Assembly (NCBI GenBank): GCA_012026655.1 | Contig: JAAILG010000557.1 | Span: 1 to 64,000, forward strand | Direction: 5' to 3' | Source of the DNA: Hydrolagus affinis | Lineage: Eukaryota | DNA length: 64,000 bases | Position numbers and translations under genes: made by a program | In this document: positions 46,763 to 60,760 of the stretch, in pieces | How positions within the stretch are numbered: the stretch's first letter is position 1 | Layout of the letters: each line of letters begins with the position of its first letter | The notes under the pieces: generated by a model | Told to the model about the DNA's origin: nothing | What the model saw: only the letters and a program-made list of their open reading frames with translations | Databases searched by the model: none

Positions 46763-48331
46763 TCTATAGCATGTGCTGGGCCTTTTGTACGAGTCAGACC
46801 CCAGGCTGACCGAAAATAAAGCATTTTCCCACGGAGGAAAGTGTCTCTGCGTGAATTGTCAAGGTCCAGCAGGTTTAGCTTCTCTAAAGTAATAGTTTGC
46901 ATTCGGAAATGGAGTGGAGGTCCACAGAGACGATGAGAAGGTAACGTAAGATTGGGAAAAAGATGCCAAAAGAAACTGCATCAATACAGCTCAAATCCTG
47001 CTTCTAATAACCCGTGAGATGTTTATGTATCAGCCAGCAGTTACAGAAGGTATATTAGTGCAGTGGCACGTTATTCCAGGTAACCTGATGGATCTCATTA
47101 AACTGAGCTAACCAGTGGAAGCAAAGAATTAATTCTGTATGAAGCTGTCAATAGTCTTGCTTCAATTGAAAGTGTCTCACTGTTCTGCCGCCACTCAGGA
47201 AATGGTGCTTGTGACCGACTGTTCCACCCATGATGCTTTCAACCTCCACAAGGTCTCCGTGACCAGATGGGACCACTCAGGAAGCGGCGTCAGATCGCTC
47301 GGAACGATGTACAATGTATTGGACAGTGGAGTAAAGGCGCTGTTTAGGCACACTGTAGCAGAGCCTGCTTAAGCAGGAAACATGAGCTATTTATGTGAGG
47401 AATAATTGCCTCCAGTCTTCCAACTCTCCCACACTAAACTGCACACAAACCCTTGAACCTCAATTCAATTAAATACAGCAGTATCCCAAGGCTAATTACA
47501 AGACATGAAAGGGGAAATGTCATATAGCGTCTATAAAAACGCCAGCACATTCTGGGGGACTCTGATATGCAGACACGACAGATACCGAAGCAAGGCCCAA
47601 TTCTTGCATTGAAAACCAGCCAATAAACACATGCTGAGAACGAGACAGATTTCTCTCTCTCTCTCTCTCGCTCTCTGCGGGGCTCGAGCCACTCTGCCCA
47701 AGATTGTGCACATTGGAAACATTTGCTGAAAAAAAAGTAAATTGTTTGCAAAAAAAAACGCATTCAACTCAATGTCAGTTTAAGTTCAGATCCCAAACAC
47801 TTGGCAAAGCAGTGGCTGCTCGGCATTTGAAAATAAGTCATTTTTAGTGCTGACACCTTTTACTTCAACCCATCAGAAAGTTAGCCGCTTGCTCATACAA
47901 TAACAAAAATATTTCTTAAAAGTACAGTAATGATGCCACGTAAAGCCTTGACAGCGCTATATCAAATGCAAGGATTATTATTATTATTGTGCTATTTGTG
48001 GTGTTCCCCAAATCTAAAGTTACAAATTTGCACATAAAACTTTATTCCTGTTGTTGAACTTCAACAACAACAAAATTACACTTGTATAGCACCTTTCACG
48101 TCAGGGGGACTACCCAAGGCGCTGGACAGTCACTGTGTCAGACCCGAGCTGGGGACGGTGGGGGAGGGATGGGGGAAATTCAACTTGAACCTAGTCATGT
48201 CAACCAACAGCCCCCCACCCCACACACACACACGTGAAAGGCGCTATATCAACGTATATTTCTGCTGTATTGCCTGTCACTTACAAGAAACACCATTTTA
48301 ATTTTTTTAAAAGTGAAAAAAGTTACACAGA

Positions 48332-48357
48332 AATAATAATAATAATAATAATAATAA
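48332..48357. repeat. (AAT)n microsatellite
   Basis: Seen directly. Confidence 0.9.
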
Positions 48358-51300
48358 ACTCAGTGCGTGACACCCGAAACAAGTCAGCCCTATTAAGTCA
48401 TAAGAGTTAATAGGGTTCTGCCAGTGCTTTTCCGCATTCCCTTCTGATGAGCCCCTAAACTCAGCTTTGGGTCTTTGAAGTTCTGCAAATCATTTACACT
48501 GGATCCTGAAAGGTTTTTCGCACCTGGGTGTCCGGTTTTTCACACACAAACACCACTTGACAGAAGAAAATAGAGTCAGGAGAAGCTGTACTGTACCCAG
48601 AGTGGATCAAAGCTTAGGATCAAACACATTCAACACCGAGAACACATTAAAAGGGGCCATTGTTCACCATGCCTCACTGACAATGGGATGAGATCAACAT
48701 ATTGCCAATTGCCCAACTACCACTGCCACTTACAGTTGTGATTACAGACTAAAATGTCAGAAGCAATGAAACCCACTTCTGAAGTGTTCCGCACTCTCTC
48801 TCTCCCTCTCGATACCTAACATGCATTACAACTCTCGTTTGAATGGCGATATCAAAACTGGTTGTTCAGAAGCATAGAATTACTTCCATTTAGGAGCTGT
48901 GGGATTCTCTTTGTGTATCATTTGTGAATCACGTGTGTCTTTAATTATACAATAATGATGTAATATTATTTTTTTAAATGGAAGATCTATTGATAGCATG
49001 GATTATGATAGTGTGTTTGGAATCAATGCAAGGTATCTGGGGAACATTGCCTGAGTGGTTTATCAAGACACAAGTTCTTATCCATCTTGATAAGGTACTG
49101 CACCTGTTTAGCACTAAACCATATGGACCTAAAGATTACAAGCTTAATTCCTGGTCTGCCCTACGTTAGTTAATAACGGCAATAAAACGTAGTTGATTTA
49201 TAAATAGCAAGAATATGGAAGGATACAATCATTAACAAAACAGTGGTGGAGAAACAGTTTTATCAGTGTCAATACAAGTAATAAAAAGGCAGGCTAATGA
49301 AAACAGCACTTGCAAATTCAATAACCAGCCATTGTTAAGTAAGTTTACTGTACTACAACTGGAGGAGACAGTTTTGACACTAACCTCACTCTCCTACTTT
49401 ATCCCCCAGCACTCCATTTATTCAATGCAAATTAAAACACTCTCCAACATCGATGTATTTGGGAAGCCCATCATTCACCCGCAAAATGCTGTCCTGACCA
49501 GTAATCTCCCAGGTAGAATGAGTTATTATTGTTGTTGTTGTCATTTGCTTCATGGCTGACAGTGGTACCTTGTTATGTGTAAATTATTTGAACACGGTGT
49601 AGAGATAGTATCAGCCGGAGGTGAAAAAGTAAATAAGATGCTAAAAAAAATTTTTTTTAAAGGACATTTGGCTTTTATGCTTCCAGCACCTTGGGACGTC
49701 CTCCTGGACATGAAAGGCACTATATCATTTTATTGTTGTTGTTGTCACACAGAGGCAGTTTCAAATTCATGAGGGCCATACATACATTGGCCATTTCATA
49801 CCTAGGCTTTGGTGATTGCTATGTGGTTTAACACTAATTCATTTCTTTTCACGGACGTCTTCAGTTATGAATAGCCCGGAAGATGGACTCACTCTGCTGA
49901 TGCGAGGCAGAGGGGATGTTTTGAAATACTGTACAGAGATATGGGAGGAGGCGGTTTGGTGTTTGGGTGCTTGTACAGTAATTCACTCAGTCTGTGCTGA
50001 AGCCACAATCTATGTCAACGATGGCCCGATAACCTGGTAGAAGGAATGGAAGCCATTTTTTGGCGCGCGCTATAATGTAGGGTCTTATTTCATGTCCCCT
50101 CCCACTAAGCCGCTATGTTATAATGCTGGGGTGGGAGGGTCATTCATATAATCACACACGAACCACAATTCACCGCAACATAGTGACTAAGATCCTTACC
50201 ATTAAATTCCCCCCAATTTACACAAACCAGTGGAGGCACAATAGTTGAGAAGCCTCCTTATGTTCTGACATTTTTTGATCTGACTCATTGCAGCAATCTA
50301 GTAAATCTCCCACAATGTTCTACAGCTGCTAAATCCTGTTGTTCACTGAAATTACACGTTGTGGGACTCAGCAAAGAATGGGTTAAGTACGCTAGATAGT
50401 GCATGGAGTCTGTTGTTTCCAGTATAATCATGTTGTCCACAACCCATAGGAAACACCAATAAGACTCAATAATAACTGCTAAATGTCTTATTGTTTGCAG
50501 CAGAGCTTCCAAGAAAAAGCTGGTGGAATCAGATAAATCCTCACTAAAGAGGTCTGGACCCAACTCTTGGACTGAAAACAATTAACCTGACATGGTAATG
50601 TGATTTACAAATGAACAAAGCCAAGCCAGCGATAAGAGAATTTTGATCCTTTCTCATTAAAGAAACAGAGACTTCATGTTAAACTGCCTGGAAAAGTAGA
50701 TTTGCTTTCGAGACAGAGGAAAGCCTGAGGTGTCACAAAATGAAGAGATGAAGGCCAGAGTGCAGGATGCCAACTTGGCTACCCAGTTACAATGCCAACG
50801 AAGGGGTGTCTCCAGAGATAGTAATGGGATCTGGGTTCAACACACTATCTCCTGCGTTTAACCCTTTCTTTCCCAGGGACACAATATCCTACTCATTCAT
50901 GTAATAATTCATTAACTTTCAAAGTCAGTGTTTAGCATCACTTGCAACACCTCCCTTGAGCAATCTTGTTTTCTTGCCCTGTCTTTTTACAATCTACCTG
51001 CCCGATGAACTTCGATGACTAATAACTTTAGTGAGCAATAAAACCAAGGTTAGCCCATTCTGCTCTATAAATAGCAAGGCGTAGAGACAAACAGAATGGC
51101 CTGTTTGATTGTTTGCCTGTTTGTCTGTGGAAACTTCTGCAACAGAACAGGGGAGTGCGTGCTGCAGGTATTTTACTGCTTTGTGGGTTCAGTTTATGGC
51201 ACCAAGAAATAATTACTTTAGCCAGCAGGAAAGCTGCTGTTCATCTAGTTCCCAAACCATTGTGCTGTTTGCGTCAATGAGGTTGGATCCACAGACAGAT

Positions 51301-53686
51301 CTGCCAAGAGAAAATGGGAAGCTAAAACTAGTTCTGGAAAGGTTCCAGCTTTCTTCCTCTGCAAATTGGGGGAATTTTAGGGCTGTTTATGGTTCTCATG
51401 CGATTTCAAATGAGGATTTAACTTTTCAAGTTCTGGAATTGTAGATCATATATGCACTTTGCTTGTGTTTTAAAAATAAACATTGTTGTTCACAAAATAA
51501 GATCTTGCGATTTTATCACCCGATCAAGTTCAATTTTGGGGTAGGCTACATGATAGCTAGCTAGTGACTTGACTATTGGGAATCTTGGGCTTTCTTTTTA
51601 AGATTGGGATCTGAATAACTTGGTTCGGATATAGTCCGTGGAATATTGGCAGTGTGCTCGGTTGCTTTGGATATAGTCAGTATAGGATCATAACTATACA
51701 GTCAATTCACTTTACAGTTTATTCTGTGAAGCGCTTTGAGACGTCTAGAAGACGTGAAAAGCGCTATATCAGATGCAAGGATTATTATCAATATAAATTT
51801 GAAAATAAATATAAAATATAAAATATAAAATCTCAACATCATTAGTTAATCACACACCCACATACACGTACTTGAGGAGCCAGTGCCGTCTTCCTAAAAA
51901 AAAGTATTTTATTCCCAATAATTTATAAACACCAACAGGATGAAGTTATGTGATGTTGATGGGTGTCATCGAGTCAACACACTGACAACTGATCATAGCT
52001 TTCCAGGCTCTTTTCCCCTTCTCAAATAAACGGTTGACACTTTTTCACAACCATGTTGCTCTTTGACAATGCTCCTGGTAAAAAATACTGCAAATAATCT
52101 CTATTTGGGAGTCAATTTGACAGGGTATTTCTCTTTCCTCCTCCTTCCTTAACCTTACATGCCTGAAATTTCCTTTCATCTGTATCATTTCATGTGCATA
52201 TATTATCCTTGCTGAAGTGCCACTATGTGGTATCACTGTGCTTCCAAACAAACAATATGCTACTATACACACACACATACACACCACCTACTACCACACC
52301 AACACTGAAACACATATATACACACACACATATAATGCATCGACACAGACACAACAACGCCGGACATTCACCTCACAAGGCCTTTGAGATCATTCACATT
52401 TTGCACTGACTTCAATTTGCTTGTACTCTACAAAATATTTATCAGAAAGTGTAACTCACAGGGTTTAAATTCTAAACAGATGCTTTCGTCCTGAGAAAAA
52501 TAGACAGGATTGGAAAGTGGCTCATTGTAATGATGCCAGGCAGACTGGAAGCTTGTAGAAATTTCACAATGATTGGACTTGAGCACTGGGATGAACGTAG
52601 CGAATAAGCCAGAATTGACAAGCTTACATACTTAAAAAAAATTCTTGCATACTTCCCTGGGATATAACTAATGGGCCAAACTAAGTCAGCAAATGGATTC
52701 GCCTCTCTCTGCTAGTGAATACAAATGTTTCTCCCTAATTCCTCTTTTTTGTTTGAACGGCAATTAACCCAACATTCCGAGAATGAAAAATTGGTCAGTT
52801 GGATATTTTCAATAACCATACATTTTCAGAATGCTTATACAGTAATCTACTTTTCTAATTATTTATAGTATATTCTGTGAAGCCATTGAGACATCTCGAC
52901 GACATGATCAGGCGCTATATCCATAACTATTTGCAAGATTATTTTATCCCTCCATCAGACCAGGCTACATTCATTGGGAGGAGGGAAGAGAAACAACTCT
53001 GTCAAATTGACTCCTAAATAGAGATTAATTTCTGTCTTGCTTACGCTTACAATTTCCAAAGGTGGGACTCGTACGGAAAACATATAATGAATGCAATGCT
53101 GCTCTGAGAGAAGCTGCTCTAAAATAGATTTCATTGAAAACAAAAAGGGCGTCATTTTGAGGTACAAGTTGAAATTTCCTGTAATACAACACCAAGTCTC
53201 CATGGCTTCAACTTTTGCTTCCTGCCCGACCACAACCCTTGAACACTCTGGTTCAAAGTAAAGATGGAAACTGAAAACTCCAATGCCTCAGAGAGCCTGT
53301 CACACACACACACAAATGCGTCACTCCAAAATACACTGTGCAGAGGCAGACCACGGCAGTAAGTGTGCTGGATCAGTGGTATTGTAACATTAGGAAGTGG
53401 GTGCGAAACATTAAACAGCCTTTAAATTGTGCATTGACAGGTGGTGGGTGATGAATGGCACAGAGTTGCCGAGAAACAAAGAAGATACTAACATGCATGG
53501 CTGCACCCTCACAGGGACTGGAGTGTGACTGCTGTCTATTTACATTGCTCTGTGGATCCTCACATTCGGCATTGTTTGCCTCAGCTTTTAGCACAATGGG
53601 CTGTGGGTAAAGGGGAGTTCCCACAAAAGCCTTCATTTGTCAATTCCGGCTTCTATTCGGGGCAATATTAATTAACTGATAATTGC

Positions 53687-54150
53687 GGAGGCCCGCAGCT
53701 CATTGGTTAGACAGAGCACATGCCTTTCAAGTGAGAGATCTGGGTTTGATTCCAGGCAAACCTGTGAAATACTGTATTAGTGCTTTTCGCCTCTTCTAGA
53801 TGTCTCAAAGTGCTTCACAGAATATGCTGTTGTGAATTGACAGTACTGTGTGTGATATGTGGCAGCCAATTGCACACAGCAGTGGCCCACACCCTCGCTG
53901 ATCCCGACCCCAGTTTGGGTCTGAAACACCGACTGTCCAGTGCCTCGGGATGTCCTCCTGACATGAAAGGCACTACACAAGTGTCATTTTGTTGCTGTTG
54001 AAATGACCAATTTATTATTGTTTTTTTTGAGGGATCATTATCAGGCGTGTGGAGTAAGGAAACTTGCCCAAGGTTTCACTCTTCCTGGAATCGAACCTTG
54101 GTCTCCCACTTTTAAGGTGAGTGCTCTATCCACTGGGCTACTGGACTTCA
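53687..54150. mobile_element. Nested cluster: SINE head (+), and a SINE (-) split by a (TTG)n-tailed L2-type fragment (+)
   Basis: 53687-53763 tRNA-like head; 53778-53891 and 54001-54150 are contiguous halves of one SINE; 53892-54000 matches 48062-48170 in reverse. Confidence 0.8.
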
Positions 54151-56961
54151 AACATTGGCCTTCATGCCCCCTTGCTTTAGAGGTCACTTACCTGCTAGGT
54201 TTTCAGTCTGTAAATGTGGTAGAGCATTTCATAATATTCCTGAGCTGAATTTCACAGCTGTATAAATATCATCGCATGTTAAAAAAAATCACCTTTTTAA
54301 TTTTGCAAATATAAAGTCGGATTTTTTTTCAATTGATTTTGAGATCTTTCCAGAGTCCAGGCAGTGTCACCTTGCTTTGCCCACTCTCAGGGCTAGGTCA
54401 GGCTCAAATTCACACTCTCACTCTGTGTGGTTAGCTCCAAATTGAAGTGCAGGGTCACAACTTACAGTCAAAGTCTGCTGATCAGGGTGGTCCAACCTTT
54501 TGGCTCCTATTTGAGAAATGTCGCAGAAGCAATATTGTTGTACTGTACTTCCCTTCCAGAAACATAACATAATATTTACGTGTTAAGGAGGGAGCAGGTG
54601 AGCCAGATTAAAGGGAGGGTGGTGGGAGGGGGGAAATGAGAGGAGGGGTTTGAAATGCAAGGATTATTATTAAACCCGCAGGCCTCTGATTGGATGGAAA
54701 AGCTTTTCAGCGATTCCCTTCTGGCTCACAATGGCTGTCTGATTCAGATTTACAAATAGCCCACTTGGTTTTGTGTGGGAATTGGAATCTCGATTGATCT
54801 GAGACATTTGGCTCCACATTTGTGTTCTAATCGTGTCATTTGTTTTGAGTACTCGGTGCAGTCACCCTACATTCTCATCTGAAGGTTCCTGTTGTCGCGC
54901 CACGCAATACAGTTCTGTCCGTGGGATATCATGTTCTCGTTGCTGCATTCCTTTTGCTTACAGACAGTTCACGAATGTTAATGCGTCAGGTGAGAGGTGT
55001 AAGGTACAGCTGAGGTGTGCGAATCAACCTGCCAGTCAATGGGAGTTGGACAGGAACGAAACCGATACAACCTCACTCTCTTTACTGATACAAACACACA
55101 AACTCAACATCAAATAATACCAAGAAAGCAGCCATATAATTCAATGAAATCGATAAGCAAAACATTAGCAGAGATGATAGAAAATTACTTCTTTCTTTTG
55201 GGGGGTTGACAGAATTTGGACTCGTGATCCAATGCTCAGACCCAGCTCTCCAGACAACACAACCCTCACACAGATAACATCGGAGCATTCTAGCGAGTGT
55301 GCTTTCAGGGAGCCACATTGTGAGAGGAATGTATCTGAACACTGAGGCATCTATTATTATGTTGCTGGTCTGTTTAATTACACCATGCTAAATATAGGTC
55401 AGCAAGACAATTCATTAAATGTGGTTTCCATTGAAGAAATGAAATGAAAAACAGAAGACAATGCAAGAAAGAAGCTTGAAAGTGCAAATCTGCAACAGCC
55501 ACTGATACGTTCTGGTCTCTTTCTCCCAGGCCCTTTGCTTGAATGAACCCAATGCCTTTCATTCAGGAGTACTCCCAACCAACAAAGAAATCTTACTTAT
55601 CAAGAGTTCACGCGCTGAAGGTCTAAGCACCTCTATTGACTATAACAGAGTTTAAGCCTTCAATTCAGATTAAATTTGCTCCGACATTAATAAGAGAAAT
55701 TACCCATTTCTTTGCTCCAAGGAGAGAGCTTGGATCATGTTAGAATTTGGCAAGAGTAGAGGTTGGCATTAAAATGATCGCTGGATGCCAAGGTGTACCT
55801 TATTCTGCAAAAAACCATCACAAATAAATTAATTGGGAGTATGTTTATCTTTCGATTCACCACATCAACTCACAGCAAACACATAAAGTACATTTCCTCA
55901 GTATTAGTTAATTATAGTAGTTCTTCCTCGAGAAGAGAGAATCATCTATAAGTAAGCGCTCAGAGCACAAGAATAAAGTGAGATATTTTCTTTGTTCTGC
56001 AAAACTTCTGGCAGAACATGAAGAAAATCTCTGAATGATTCTCGATTCACAATGTGTTGCCCATTAAATGTCAGTCGTCTCGTGGGAAACTACACTTCGA
56101 TTTTCTCTCTCCTCCCCTCACAACCCACCCTCCCACTCACAAATAATTCTGTTGATCATTCTGAGAAATGCACTTCCACTTAATCAGCAAAGTACATTGG
56201 AATCCTTTTTGTTGCCGGACAGAATGGGTAAAACAATATCAGACCCTGTTAAATTAAATGCTGGTCTTTGAGAGTTTGCACATCTCAGGCAATAAGCAGC
56301 AACTTGCTTTCATTACGGCAGTGTGTGAGTGAGTCAAGAGTTTGGTTCATGCTACGAAGGGTAGAGCGGGAGCAAAGCTGGGTCCTGTGCAAAATGATTG
56401 GAAATATATGAAGTGGATCAGCTGAAGACCAATCAATCTGCCACAAAAAACTAAAAGTACCAAATTTGCAAGAATTAAAAAACACTCTGCCATCTTCAAC
56501 TTGATTTTTTTTTAAATGATTAATATATGAGTCTGAGGTTAATATTGTCCTGTCATGCACAGCCAAGTGACTTGTGAGGCCACAATCACCGAGGGCATTG
56601 AACTGTAGCACTGGACTGAATTTGTAGGAATGGATTGCAAGTGTGTGGAAGATGTCGCTGATGTCAATAATTCAGGGTAAAAATGTCTCCTAGAATTGGA
56701 AAAAAAGGTTGAAAGTTTCTGGAGGGGATTGTGTTAAGAGATGGCACCAGTGTCTGTAAGTGACCTCTGGAAAGGTAACTCATTCTTAAGTCAGGAAACA
56801 TTGATGGTCTCACCAGAGATTTATGGAAGAAAGTAGCAGTGGACGAGAATGGACTCAAGGAATTAAATTAGGAGATAATTTAATTTGGTTTGATTGCATT
56901 TGAACACTGAAGGACATCTACACAGCCTCACCCTCAATATCTTTCACTTGTTCTGCAGAGA

Positions 56962-57125
56962 ATCATAGAATTATACAACACAGAAAGAGGCCTTTTGACT
57001 CATTGTGTCTGTGCCAGTTTCTTTAGGAGTGATCCAAATCAATCCCACTACCCCGCTCTCTCCCCATAGCCCTGCAAACTTATCTTCCCCAAATAATTAT
57101 CTAATTTTTAAAGAAGTATTTATTA
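56962..57125 (-). mobile_element. CR1-type LINE 3' tail
   Basis: Plus strand atcatagaattatacaacacagaaagaggcc...tccccatagccctgcaaa is the reverse of a typical CR1 3' end. Confidence 0.6.
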
Positions 57126-60100
57126 ACTTTACTTCTCCAATCCAGGTAGCTCGAATTCAAGCCATCGACAGTTTAGCTTTCAGGGTAATGCGTCAAAGTT
57201 AGAAATTCCTTCGTGAAAATTTGACTGGTAAACCCTAATGGTTGCTTTTGGGAAACTGAATTCACAACCCGCTACTGGGAAAGGAAAAGATTTAACAGGA
57301 ATAAAAAAGCTTCCAACAATCTTTGTCTTTAATTCTTGACTAACTCAGTCAAAATAATTCTTCCTACCCCATACAAACCCCCACACACCACTCACCCTAA
57401 ACAGTTATACACTCTTAGACAAACATACATACTTAAGCAAACACATACACTTTGGAAAACACACATACACACACCAGTAATGCACTGTGTTTATTGCAGC
57501 AAAGATTACACTAACAGTGAAAACCATAAAACAGACCAGGGAGTAGTTCCATTGATGTGCTTATTGAGATGCAGATATTTTCAGAACCAGGCTAGCAGCT
57601 GCAGACTCTTCTCCTTCATAATCAAACGAGGTTTATATTGGCTTTAAACAACGACAGTGACTGTTAAATGCTGGAGGCAGATTATGCCATTTCCAACCGA
57701 CTTCAACTCCGCCAATAAAACATTTTGAGACAAACTGTTATTTGCTTTGTATTCCAGAAGTGAATACAACACGGACTACAATACAAAACTACCCCACCCA
57801 CCCCCCACCCACGAAACAGATGAACCATTTAGCAACCTTCGAGACGTCCTCCCGACTTGAAACGCTCTAAACAAATGTAATTTGATGTTGCTGTTGTTTC
57901 ACCTTGCGATGAAGGTCTACTCAGATTGCATTAGTGCACAAAGTATACAGTCTGTGAGTATATTCTGTGAAGTGCTTTGAGATGATAAGCACTATATCAA
58001 ATGCAAGGATTATTATTATTATAATATTGGTGTCGTTTGCATAACCAGGTTAAGTCCACAACCACAATACTGGTGTTTGTTGCTCCTGTCATAGTGCTGG
58101 GAATTACAACTGTACCATGGAATAAGAGGGAGCTGATTTAAGTTTACACTAATTCCCTTCCCCCACCACCACTTCCCCCACATGAACCATGCAGATACAT
58201 CTGATCTGCTGCCGGTTGCATTACCAGTCAATGAACTCAGCAGAAAGAGTATGCTGAAATCAAACAACTGGGGGAATCAACTGCCAATAAATCGTTTGCA
58301 AACATGTTCTCTAATGGGAAATTGAAGAGAGACTATTTGACTGCAGGACTTCGAGCTGTTGTCTGCAGTCTTCGTTCTCCAGTTCCTTGCTACAGGGCAT
58401 GTCAATGAATGGCCTCTGCCATCCATGTAAATTGATGCCTGCAGAGCAGGTTCACCACTGGAAATACTTGATATGGTACTCTTCCCCACCGCAACACGAA
58501 ACTACAACATATTGGGCTAAACAACACCTTAAAGCACTTACCTCTGCGCGCTGGCTGAGGATGCCAGACATGGTGGAAAGAAAGGTTTTGGCAGGACATC
58601 AAGTCTATCTGCACAAAGAGATATTTTGTCCTTCTGTACATTTATGATGTCAATTGGTTTCAAGGCGGAGACATCGGTGCATGCAAGGTTTGGGTTTTTC
58701 ATGAATGAATCCAAACCAGCCTGTCAAGATCATTTGGGGTCACTGTTTATTGCTGGTTGGAAACATTTCACCCAGCAGTCTTTTGATTGGAAGATCAGAC
58801 AGGAAATCACACATTATATAACAAGAGAGCTTTTGATGAAGTGATGTCCCGATTCAGGAAGGCTGACCAGAGATCATGCTCTGTTATAAGGCTGGTTGAG
58901 AGGCCCTCCATCCCCACCAAACATCACCTTGTAATGGGGCTCAACGGATAAAGTATCTTTCAAATGGGATAAACGTCTGTCTCAAAGAGTTATAATCAGC
59001 ATCGCAGAGCAAAATATTGATGTTGTTAACCGAAAGCAGGGTCAAAGGTAAGGTGTTAGAAGTATATTAAAGTCAAGGGCAGAGGAAGAGAGCAAGAGAG
59101 ATTTGGGATGGGATTTCGTTGGGTTGGAAAACAGTGGCTGAAGACGAGACCACTAATGGAGGGATAGCGGGAATGAGCAATGAGGAACAGACCAGAATTT
59201 GAAGCATGGAGGGGATGCACATCACATAGCAGTTCCCTGCACCACAATCAACTATCTTAAATACAGTGAAATGAATTGATAAAGAGACTTGTTCGATCTA
59301 TGGAATTGTGATTTTTCTAATCAAGTTGGAAATGTTACAAATAATTTAACAAAAGATTTCGGAGCAATAAAACTTTCAGAAATGTCAAATCCTCCTGAAA
59401 GGCGAAATGACCAGGCTCGCGAACAGTGAACAGTATTCTGCTCCTCGCAAGGCTTTCAAGGTTAGCCACAAGCCGATTAACAACTAGAAGATAAGCACTA
59501 TATCAAATGCAAGGATTATTATTATCAATTATTATAATCATCACTTTCTACTTTTGTGTAGAGTTGAAATTGATTTAATCTAAAGAAGATTAAATTAAGA
59601 TGAAGAAAATCACATCTCTGGGTGAAATCTTCCTGAACTGACTGGAGTTGGGGAGAGGGCAAAATACTCTAGATTCTACCCTCTGACCCTACCTTATCCC
59701 CTACACAAATACATTGTCTGACATTTTAGATGATTGACGCACTAGTCCTTTATCTTTTTTTGAAAAAAGTAAGTTCAACCAATAATTTTTTAACTAAAAA
59801 TCAAAATTGCATAAAACGGCCTAACTTGTGGCTTAAAATTTCAGACAGGGCGGTATCGTGGGAAATCCTTACATCAAATCTTAAATTTGGTGGTCGGTTC
59901 TCTGCAGTTTTTAAGAATTTTCCATTGTTCGAGATGGCTGTATTTTTCGGTCTTACGGGTTTAAGACCGCAAGGAATTTCAGGCTGCTGGTGGCTTAACT
60001 GAGGCAGGAATTCAACCACTTAGACATTAATGAAGCATTCAAAACTCAGGGCGAGATACATATTTTTCTCTATAAACTCCCAGATTTTCCATTACATCTG

Positions 60101-60464
60101 AATGAAGAATGAAAGGTCAATACCCACTCCCGTTAAAAAACAATGGGAACTTTAACTCAATGTTTCTCTCTCTTAGGAGAAGTCAGGTTTTCTATGTGTA
60201 GTTATAATAAGGGTGAGTGAGTGTGTGTGTATGAACAATGGCTCTCCAGTGACAGAGGCAACCACAACATTGCTTTCTGAGGCCAAAGCAACCCAGCACA
60301 AGTGAGACAGTGTTTTTTATTGACGTCAGGTAAAACAAAGACATTAAATTATGCCCAGTCGTAGTCTAATGCAAAATTTCGCTATCTGTCTCACGTTAAC
60401 CTTCACTCAAAATAATTACCTTTTTAAAGTCAAAGACAACACGAGTGGAGAAGAATTTAAATAA

Positions 60465-60760
60465 TAAATATAATATACAATACTTACATATTTATAGCAC
60501 CTTTCTCTTCAGAAAGATATCCTCAAAGGATATACTGTAAAAGTGTAGTGACTGTATTTTTATGGTGAGATGTGACATCCGATTCATGCACAATAATGTC
60601 CACATTTAGCCATGACATGAACGACTAACTTTATTTGGGGATAAATAAATGCACTGAAGTGTCAGCCTAAACTATGAGTTCAAAAGTTCCAAAGTAAGGC
60701 ATGACCCCACCGCCCTCTCACTCAAGAGGCGAGAATGCTCCAAACAGAGCCAGGCTGACA
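60465..60760 (-). mobile_element. Deu-SINE-family copy with head and tail but lacking the central core
   Basis: Head tgtcagcctggctc matches the start of the 25303 copy; tail ends (ATT)n. Confidence 0.55.

Noticed and set aside
57984-59525. Identical ~36-nt string gataagcactatatcaaatgcaaggattattattat at 57984 and 59489 as LTR or CRISPR-like repeats
   Set aside because: It is the common SINE/L2 tail; copies are dispersed with no regular spacers
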